Source: Trypanosoma brucei
Lineage: Eukaryota
Direction of reading: 5' to 3'
Assembly: GCA_000002445.1 (NCBI GenBank)
Contig: AE017150.2
Coordinates: 160,001 to 224,000, forward strand
Length of the DNA: 64,000 nucleotides
In this document: one piece after another, positions 35,801-45,539 of the stretch
How positions within the stretch are numbered: position 1 is the first letter of the stretch
Layout: each line of letters opens with the position of its first letter
Translations under genes and position numbers: made by a program
The notes under the pieces: model-generated
The model's database searches: none
What the model saw: only the letters and a program-made list of their open reading frames with translations
Told to the model about the DNA's origin: nothing

Positions 35801-36317
35801 TACAATGTCATTTGGCATTGTCTGATGCTCACTCAAAAAAAAACTTATTCGTTTTGTTGCGATGTAGCTGTTGACAGTGTTGTGCTCTTTTTCTTTTATT
35901 TTATTTTTTTTTAACATACCGCTGCGCACTTCCGTAATCCCCTCAATATTCCTGCAGTTCCCATCATAAAAGAAACAAAAGAAATCCATCAAAATAAAGT
36001 AACTGGAGTCTAAGATATTGTAGAGCACAATGTATTTATTTTGAGTAATGGAATCCTGTGACATCAGAGACAGTCATCTGCAATGAATAAACTGAAACAT
36101 TCATTGACTCATGCCACTAAATTAATAATTAAATTGTTAAACACATATTCCCATCGTGCGGTAAGTAATTCAAACAATTCCGTGACCACATGAAATACTC
36201 GAAGAAAAAGGAAACGTATACAATGCATAAGCCATTAGTAAAGTATAAATACAGTTTTTGGTATCGAATACATCATATGTTACAAAGCCGCATGTCACTA
36301 ACACACAAGAGCACAAT
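32861..36317. repeat. S cassette, copy 2
   Basis: It is collinear with S1 and S3. Confidence 0.8.
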
Positions 36318-37049
36318 TTAACTCATCATCATATTTCGAATCATCAGTGATAGAGCTTGGCAACCGTACGATTCGATAACTCCAACATTTGCCTTCACTC
36401 TTACAACCTTTACCAACTTGTCCGTAACTTCATTGTTCTTCCAGGCAGCCGTATGCTCAATAATATCATTATAGGAATATTCATCCGACTTCTTCATAGT
36501 TTCCAACGCATCATGCACACTTTTCAGACGCCATTCATAACAGCTTAAACCAAATATATATAACGAGGCAGAGGTCCAATTGAATTCATACGTCCCTCCA
36601 CTATTCTTTCCACTCATCTTCCATTTCCTTTCTCAATTCGTGCCTTCTTCTGTTGGATACCTTTTCCCTTGCATGTATTGACAGCTTTTTCCATGCCACA
36701 AATGCCTTCATGTCACGCACATCATCACAGTTTATAATAATTTGGCGGCCTCCCGTATTTGTAGTCCAGTTACCAAAACGGACACTTATGGGGAAATCGA
36801 GAAACGTTACACTCCAAACATCAGAGGGAAGTTGAGTGTAAAGCTGCTGCGTTTCGTACCTTGTGTCCATAATGATGTGTCCTCTGTTTTCAAATTTTAT
36901 TTTATTTATGGCGTTGACCGCAGCTCTCGAATATTGGTACTGCACAACCCTCCCTCTTTCATCACCCTTTCTGTTATATATTAAGTAGGCGATCGTGTCT
37001 GTGAAATACGCAACAACATCAAACATTCCTTCATGGAAGTGAAGCAGTG

Positions 37050-37061
37050 AATGAAGCAAAA
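37050..37061. repeat. RIME target-site duplication, left copy (AATGAAGCAAAA)
   Basis: It is an identical 12-mer to 37590-37601, and the two copies immediately flank the element. Confidence 0.9.
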
Positions 37062-37298
37062 TTTTTTTTAGAATTTTCTTCGTGCCTTCGTGAGAGTTTC
37101 CCCCCACTGGCGCGGCCATCAGCCATCACCGTAGAGCCCTGAGATGCTATCGGTCTGGCGACTGTGGCAGAGTCTCCCTTTTTTATTCATCCTAACACAC
37201 CCTCTACAATTTTTGTTGTATTTCCGCATATGAACGGAATACAGCAGATGGGGCGAGAAGCCTCCCACCCCGGACTCTCCAAAGGATGCCAATTAGCA

Positions 37299-37336
<38 letters not shown>

Positions 37337-37589
37337 CGGAGTTCCACATCACCGGACAGCAGCATCTTAGTGCGGATGATACTGCTGATGGCACGCTGGC
37401 ACGTGCCCAGGGACCGACAAATGAAAAACGGTGTCCCAGCAAGACGCTGCTGATCCCTGTGCTGTATGATGCCGTAGCCGGAGCACAGCAGTGTTCCCCA
37501 TGAAAGGAACGCTGCTGGCTCTTGGCTTCCCCCGATGATACGGGGTACTGGACCCTGGCACCACGTTGAGGTGGCCGGCATCGCCAGGG
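37062..37589 (-). mobile_element. RIME (the ingi-derived short non-LTR retroposon), a complete copy with an A8 tail and an expanded internal A34 tract
   Basis: The 5' end on the minus strand is CCCTGGCGATGCCGGCCACCTCAACGTGGTGCCAGGGTCCAGTACCCCGTATCATCGGGGGAAGCCAAGAGCCAGCAGCG..., which is the ingi/RIME 5' signature. The 3' half is identical to the ingi 3' end at 16347-16580. It terminates in T8 on the plus strand (37062-37069). Confidence 0.85.
37303..37336. repeat. T34 homopolymer (A34 on the element strand) internal to the RIME
   Basis: It is an uninterrupted run of 34 T. The equivalent position in the second RIME copy (about 43267-43273) has only T7. Confidence 0.95.
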
Positions 37590-37601
37590 AATGAAGCAAA
37601 A
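37590..37601. repeat. RIME target-site duplication, right copy (AATGAAGCAAAA)
   Basis: It is identical to 37050-37061. Confidence 0.9.
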
Positions 37602-38472
37602 ATGATCCAACACCGTATGATTTACCAATACCAGGTGTACCAATAACAATATGTATCGGTGAATCCACCACTGCGTCATTCAGCCACCATGTTTTCAGAT
37701 CCTTTTGGATTTTATACCACACGCGCATAATTTCACGACGGATATATACATGCTGAAATGCTGCTTTGTGCCCCGTAGTGTAATCCAATGCAAACCTGTT
37801 GTATGGCCAACCTTCCTCCGAAGTGAGAACAAAAATCTCCAAACCATTGGGTCTCTCCTCAATCTCTGCATCAACATTCGCAGGAAGAGGAGTTACATCC
37901 ACCTCCGCTTCGGTCCATATGCGCCGTGGCCTTCCATTGAATACTTTCATTCCAAGTGGCTCTGTATGATAACCCGACATCACATAACTCCATTTCGCAT
38001 TATATATGGATTCATACACTCCTCTCAGTTCGACAGCACCACCAGCTGTTTGGGCAGCTCGTTCCCCCACTTCTTTGGCAATGCGCAGTGCCCTGTCCAA
38101 CTTTGTCGCTGCCACGGGACCAACAAATTCCCTTATTTCCCCTCTTCCCTTCTCCTCCCACTGACTGAGGGTGCTAATCCCATTACGAGGCAGATAAATA
38201 ACTGCCCTCAGTAATTGAAACTCATCAAGCCCCCGTATAATTCCTTGAAGCCTTGCATCCAAAATATAATCCTCCGGGCTCTGAACAAAAATGGGCATCC
38301 TAACATTTTCTGCTTCAGCCACCGCAAAAGTCCCGCCAACGAACTTCTGAATAAAGTCGTTCACTGTCATTTTACGCAAACCCGCATAATCTTCCAGCAG
38401 CACATCCCTCACCTTACTATCCATTGTCCAGTTGGGCCCCCCCTCATTTCTCTGCCGTATCTGTGGAGGCTG

Positions 38473-38496
38473 AGCAGCAGCAGCAGCAGCAGCAGC
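38473..38496 (-). repeat. (AGC)8 / (GCT)8 trinucleotide repeat encoding Ala8 in the RHS N-terminus
   Basis: It is translated as PPAPPAAAAAAAAQPP. The paralogue at about 62350 has only two Ala at this position. Confidence 0.9.
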
Positions 38497-38616
38497 AGGA
38501 GGAGCAGGCGGTACATTTTCATCCCGTGGCCTCCTCATGGGCCCTTCAATATTACCTGCCACTTGTTGGTTTGCATTATTTCCTTGTGGAGCTGCGGGAC
38601 TATTTGCTCTTGACAT

Positions 38617-40800
38617 AACTCTCTTAATATTATTAACTTAACTTCCTTTCCTTTCCTTTTTTCTCTGAAATTATAAATAACTGAAGTAAAATAATATATA
38701 AGGAAACAATAGTGTGTGAACAGTGTAACATAATATCAAATGTAATAAAGCGCGTTAATGTTTATTCACTATAGTTTGTATAATATGATATCATAATGTA
38801 TTTGGTATTGAGGGGAACAATTTCAAAATATAGCAGCTGTAAATAAATATTTCCCTTGCTTCATTATCATGTGCTAAATATAATTAACTTCCTGTATCAT
38901 TTCTTTCTAAACCATATATAATATGGAAACAAAAAATATTACTGCCTCATATACCTGCGTAAACACTTCGTATATATAATCAATATTTAAAGAGAGTCAA
39001 ATTCTATCAATTAAAATCAAGTAAAACAATAAACAATAAAATTTATGGATATTAATGAAACGAAGAAATAGAGTATCGGCACAACACATAGGGATATACA
39101 CACACATGAATACGCACTACACAACTGTTCCACTGGAGTTTCCTCACTTCTGTCAATACGTAACATTCACTTGCATTGAATAAACTCATTGAAAATATAA
39201 ATCACTTATCCCCTCCCCCGTGTATTCACTTACTTCCAAAGGAGAATATTAAATAATGTCTGTAGGACAGGTAAAAAAGAAACTGATACTCTATTTTGCA
39301 TCAGATAACCAAAAGGTATTTCCGTTTACTTTGATTATAAACAAAAACATCATTTCACCTTCAGTTAAAATAAAATTGAATTACTTGTCTACTCACTGTT
39401 CACAACTGTCATCAGCTAATTCATCCCCACATATTCACATGAATCTTATGTGCCATCGTTGTTGAATCCATTCACACATCTTCCATGATGGTGATTGCAC
39501 AACATACTGTAAATAATTGGAATGAAATTAATACAATTAATTGAGGAAACCGTAAAAGATTATCATAACATATCTTTTATTTTCCCTCCTTTCATTTACA
39601 CAAATTAAATATGTAATGAGACAATTCCCTTTCAGTACGTGTTCACACCTATTGTATCATCATTGTAAGTTTCCTATTGCTCATATACACGAAGCTACTG
39701 GAATAATAAAACAACACATTGAAACACCTTGAAAAAATATATAATAAATGTAAAAGAGGATGTATGAACTGACAGATAATAAAATGAAACACGTCTCGCA
39801 CTTTCCTTATAAATATTCAATAGTTGGTATGTTACAAATAAAAACAATTACACATTATAGAAAGGAAAGGATATAATTACATTATACACCTGTATGTGGA
39901 TATGTAACAGCGAATCATAGTAGAAATAAATTGTCTAAACACAATAGTTATGGAAGATAAAATAATTCAAAACATCAATAATATTATTCTATCAACATTC
40001 CCTTCCTTCTCCATTAAGTTTCCAAATGGTTTCAAATAATAATTCACATAATTCCATACATATGTTATGATGGGTATTGCATGCAGTACAACTTAAAGGA
40101 AGTGTAACTCATATAACATTTTCAAAAATAGGTGTTGAATGGTTGTTTGCTACCATCAATTACATTTCCAATGTCTGATTACACTTTTATATGCATGAAG
40201 GAAGTTACTGATGATAACTTTGACATGCTCGAGAATCCATAACACAAAGCGACTGCTGCATGCAATAAAAAATAAAAATATAAATAACATCCGAATTCAT
40301 TTACTGACAGATGAGTGCAAGTCATTCACCCAAACTTCATAGCTGCAGAAATAAACTCGCTGCTGCCAATAGGAAATGATCCCGCATAAATATTGAGTAT
40401 CTGAAAATGATAGCAACGGGTTTCCATTTTTGAAATATATGCATAAACTACATGAGGTATATGAAGCCATATTGGTAAAGTGTCACTACGCATGTTGCAA
40501 TTTACTATCAGAAGTGTCTGCCTTATTTTATTTCTTGTGTTAATGTAACTCATGAGTATCATTCATTATTCTTTACAATACAACTGTAAGTCATTTTGCA
40601 TTTTTACATATTTTCTTATTCCCTCATACTGGAAGTGTTCCACATATGAGATTCCTCAATATCGTTCACACAATAAAAATAATTTCATTTCCTTCTGCAT
40701 TCAGTTTCTTGTGCAGCAGTGTGTGCACTAATCATTCATAAAGTTTTTAATTTGCCAAATACATCATTACGAAACTATTTTCCACAAATAAACAAACAAA
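38617..40800. repeat. C cassette, copy 1 (the upstream region of MSRANS-type RHS)
   Basis: 38617-40130 is collinear with 62485-64000. 40038-40800 is collinear with 53246-54005. Confidence 0.75.
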
Positions 40801-41605
40801 CAAACATTTTTAAATGTTGCTGTGAAACGGAAATTGAATCACGGAAAATTGTGGGGCGCACACGTAATGGGCACCATGAATGCCTCTTTGGATATTCCTC
40901 TATGGCTTTTCACCAGCATCATCAACTTACTTTTTGTGTAAAAAAAAACAAAAAAGAAATAAAGGTACAAATGCATTAATAAACCCAACTCCTCAGCAGG
41001 AAATCAAGAACAGGAAGCCACGAAAAGCGTATGGCACATATGATTTTCACCTCTCAGTTACTTGAGGTGGATCGCATGATTTACCCACCTCCTAAGAACA
41101 CACCCTCCGAGAGGCCCGATTAAAAGAAAAAAAAACGCTATGACGGTTGAAAAGACGTTTTTCATAAACCTTCACTTTATACGTGAGGATGCATAAATAA
41201 ACAATGATAACGATGAGAATGCTAACGGAAACAATGACGAACCGTGAGGATCCTAGAAAATAAAATAAAATAAAATCATCACGTACCTTCACAGTAGGGA
41301 AACTTAATAAATAACAAAATATAAATATTCCCTACACAGAGGTATAGGGAGTGTTCGTCAACTTCGTAATGCTAATCAAAAAGCCTTCAAATGTATCGAT
41401 CATTCGTGTAGTCAATCAAATAAGAAGTAATATGTACTACACGCACAAAAGCACACTTATAAAGCCTACAAACCCACTTGCCCCCTTTTAGAGAATACCA
41501 CTCTCTAGTCAGTGATAGGAGAGGTGATATTAAAAGTTTTCCCTTTATAATTATTTCTGACTCCTCAATTCGTTGCAACATAACATAACATGCAAAGATG
41601 TTGCA

Positions 41606-44441
41606 TCAGTCAGCGGGGCCACCAGCAATAGCGTTTGGTTCATCCTGGGTGATCTCCTTAACAATATTCCCTTCCATCTTCACTTGAAACTGGTTGATTT
41701 TATTCCACAACTCTGTAGTATAATCGCCTCTGCCCCCAACTGGTTCGCACTTCTGCCTCACATCGATTGGCTTGCTGTCACTGTACTGTATGTAAATTAG
41801 CTCCCATTTCAAGTTTCTTGCGAGCTTATCCCATTCACGAAACAATTGTTTCATTGCCTTGATAAACTTATCTACCTTCGTTCGTGTCGTGTGATGCGTT
41901 GGTGCCACTGTCGGCTGGAGCAGAACAATTGTTGTTGCGGTGATCGCTCTTCCTTCTCTATCAACAGCTGGCTCAGTTACAAAGAAAAAGGCGTTCACAA
42001 CGGGGAAATTTCCCTGTACAGGTCGGTAAAGGCACCCAACCTCAATGTCTTGGCCTGTCGTTTCGGGGTTAAACTGACGAAGTGAAGTTGGAACACGTCC
42101 CACGGCATTACCACTTGCCAGAGCGGATACATTTGAATCCATTTCTTCTCCAACGCGAGGGAGATACCGCAGGTGCGTCACAATCGTCTGCACAACATTT
42201 CCCATCGTGAAGGCATATATGCCCACATTTTCAAATTCATCATTGGCCTGCTCTTCTTTCCCACGAAAAACCTTCCGAAGGTAATTGTCTCGCATACATG
42301 CTGTGTCCGCCCACACTCTCAATTTCTGCTCAATATAAACGGAAACAGCTCTGTTTCTGCATTCTTCTCATTCTCAGTTACAACCCGGACCAACTTAGCC
42401 AACCTGTATGTAGTCCCGTCCTCGCGCCATTCAACTCGACCATTCAGCACCTTCATGTAGTGTTCAGCATCGCCTCTACTGATTTCCTCCAGTGCCCCAT
42501 TTATTTCTCTAACATGGTCACAATAGGGTTTGTCACCTTCCAGTACGTGGCGGGGCAGTGGGCCCACCTTCTTAATCCATCCTAATATTTTCCCCCATTC
42601 GTTCTCAAGGTTTATGATGTGAGTTTCGGTGATTTTACTTGCCTCCAACTTTGACAGCCGCCTCCACGAAACCGCAGCCTTCAGTTCCACCTTTTCATAG
42701 CAATTGATGCAAAGGAACTCGTAACCCCGTGGTTCCTTCCACTCTCTGTAGTTATTTGGATCTGGAGATGTCAACACAATTACGGGCCACGCTCCCGGCA
42801 ATTTTGTCGGTATGGGTTCATCTCTCTCTTTCGAAAAGTCGTATATAATGTAACCAAGAAGCTTTTCATCAACGAAGGCCTTCACAGCATCCAATCCATC
42901 TACTTCCTCTTCATAGAATACAACCCTTCCCGGATGATCGTTTGTCGCCCTGAAGAAAATATATGCCTCGCCCTTCACAAAATAAGCGATATTCCGCAAC
43001 AGCTCCTAATCGTAATGCAGCAACCCTTGGAGCAGAAATTTTCTTCGTGCCTTCGTGAGAGTTTCTCCCCACTGGCGCGGCCATCAGCCATTACCGCAGA
43101 GCCCTTAGATGCTATCGGTCTGGCGACTGTGACAGAGTCTCCCTTTTTTATTCATCCTAACACACCCTCTATAATTTTTGTTGTAGCTCCGCAGTTGAAC
43201 GGAATACAGCAGATGGGGCGAGAAGCCTCCCACCCTGGGCTCTCCCAAAGATGTCAATTAGAAATCCTTTTTTTGGAGTTCCACATCACCGGACAGCAGC
43301 ATCTTAGTGCGGATGATACTGCTGATGGCACGCTGGCACGTGCCCAGGGACCGACAAATGAAAAACGGTGTCCCAGCAAGACGCTGCTGATCCCTGTGCT
43401 GTATGATGCCGTAGCCGGAGCACAGCAGTGTTCCCCATGAAAGGAACGCTGCTGGCTCTTGGCTTCCCCTGATGATACGGGGTACTGGACCCTGGCACCA
43501 CGTTAAGGCAGATTCATTCTTAGTGTAAGCTAAATACTCGCTGGCCGCGGGGATCGATTCCGGTACTATCTGCGACGACCAATCTACTTAACCACTAAAC
43601 CAGCGTAAGCCGAATATAATAGCCAGCACCAACTGATTTCCCAATACCTGCACTGCCGACGAGGACGCAAGGAATCTGTTTTTCGATCAGCCCTGACTCC
43701 AGCCACAAATCCAGCCTGTGCTTCACAAGATACCACACTCTCATTACCTCTCGACGAATGTACACATCCCGGTCAAACACGTAGTCTCCTGGTTCCTCCG
43801 CATCCTCTTGAATTGCATGTTCCGGAATGCTGAAAGAGTTATATGGCCAACTCTTCTGCGAGGTGAGCACAGCAATCTCTAAATTACCGTGACGAGGCAG
43901 TGGGTCGCACAAGTCATAAGGCGTGTGACTGACATTCACCTCCTCTTCTGTCCACAACTCGGGCTCGCCGTCACTATTACCCACCACCTTCATGCCAAGA
44001 GGTAAATCATTGTGACCCGACTCTACATAACCCCACGTCGCATTATATATAGAATCATATACTCCTTCAAGGTTTACAGCACCAGCAGCTGTTTGGTCAG
44101 CTTGCTTTTCCTTGCTTCTTTGGAAATGCGCAGTGCACTGTCCAACTTCGCCGCTGCAGTGAGGCAACAAGTTCCCTTATTTGCGCTGTTGCCCTCTCTT
44201 CCCAGTGCTGCATGTCTTCAATTCTATTACTAGGAGGGTAAATAACTGCCCTCGGTAATTGAAACTCGTCAGTATCCTGTATATCCTCAAGAATCTCGGC
44301 ATCAACATTAATATATCTTCTGAGATTATTAACAAACACATCCATGGACACATTCTCTGTGTTATACGTGTTTGAGGAAAACTGATTCAAAAAGTCATGC
44401 AGTTTCATTTCACCCAAACTCGCATAATCTTCCAGCAGCAC
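41606..44441 (-). pseudogene. RHS pseudogene interrupted by a 5'-truncated RIME. It is a composite of a C-part (41606-43024, one frameshift near 42320, C-terminus ...AGGPAD), the RIME, a filler and an N-part (43595-44441).
   Basis: The C-part ORFs 42319-42999 and 41606-42322 align to RHS from LLQGLLHYD/AYFVKGEAYIF to the C-terminus. The N-part ORFs 43595-44170 and 44097-44441 align to the RHS N-terminus up to GIGKSVGAG. Confidence 0.8.
43025..43508 (-). mobile_element. RIME copy 2. It has no poly(A) tail, its 5' end is truncated by about 18 nt, and its internal A-tract is 7 nt.
   Basis: It is identical to the RIME at 37062-37589 apart from its ends. It is followed on the 5' side by about 85-110 bp of unassignable sequence (43509-about 43615) before RHS resumes. 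Confidence 0.8.
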
Positions 44442-45539
44442 ATTTTCAATAGAACTGTTAATTGATCAAGTTGGCCCTCTTCCTCCTCACGCAGTCTCTT
44501 CGAAAAATACAATGGCGCATGCAACCTATTACTATGGAAACGCCTTATTGAATTCCACACTTCTGAAAGCTTGCCCCCTGATTCCTCACAAGCTTGCGAT
44601 AAAAGCATAAACAAAAATAGAATCAGAAACAGAGACAGAGACAGTTTACACTGTAGAAAAGGACACCACAGTGAGTCACTCATTCTAGGAAGATAATCAC
44701 AAAAGCAAACACCCTCAAAAAGACAGCTCAGAGCCATAAAGCAGAACCTACTTACTACTAATAAGGAGTTGTGCCCCTTCCCTGCCAGTAAAGACACAAC
44801 ATTCCCCAACAAACACAGTGGAAGATCACAAGACTTATGACCCCTCCATACTAACCTAAACAAGACAGCGTGAATCACAATTGCATGCAATGCGCTAAGA
44901 ACTCGAAACGGTTCCGCACATTTGCCTCTGAGGATCCCTACTCAATCGCACCCCTACGCGGGAATCAATATTCTGCCTGTCACAAAATAACACAGCGGAC
45001 GGCAGAAGGAAAGGGGGAAAATAAAGAAAGCCATCACAACACATAAGGATTTTAATGGGAACTTACAGGAAACCTTCTAGATGAGAATGCTAACACCCAT
45101 ACAACAACAGTGCTCACAATCCTCTTGTATATCAGTGTTTAATTAGTGTTTCACAAAATGATTTGATAATCGTAACGATTCAAGGAATAAAAAAAATGTA
45201 AATGATAAGACACGACGCAACAAGCTGCCACATTGCCATTAATGGATGTATGTAATACCATTGTTACTATCCATTTCATTGTGACAACACACGCAAAATA
45301 CAATCGATACCACGGATTTCGTACGCCTTCCGTCGTGCGGTGAATCGCAGAGTGGATGTAAACAGTTGTGAAAGGATTACACCAACGCAACTGTAAGTTC
45401 GTTATGCTGCCAGAAGCCTGTCTAGGATATACGATGAGTGAACTTCATTACTCCAACACAAAATGTGACGCCTCCTCTTGCCCTTTCATTCGTTCTTCAC
45501 AGTGCTTACTTCATTGTTGGCTTGCCCGAGGTTCGCCAA

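Larger units (their letters stand above)
36318..38616 (-). pseudogene. RHS pseudogene interrupted by a complete RIME. The N-part is B-type (MSRANSPAAPQG) and the C-part is the truncated type that ends RNMMMS. There is an additional frameshift near 36600.
   Basis: The ORF 37204-38616 reads RHS up to GIGKSYGVGSFLLHSL and then runs into RIME sequence. The ORFs 36601-37119 and 36318-36617 continue RHS in shifted frames. Confidence 0.85.

Noticed and set aside
43509-43615. A possible tRNA gene or tRNA-derived fragment in the filler next to the truncated RIME. Suggestive features are GGTTTAGTGGTTAAG, a GGAATCGATCC T-loop-like motif, and CGCTGG...CCAGCG as a putative acceptor stem.
   Set aside because: No consistent cloverleaf could be drawn on either strand. 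The D-stem and T-stem do not pair, and the apparent T-loop is part of an ATCGAT palindrome.
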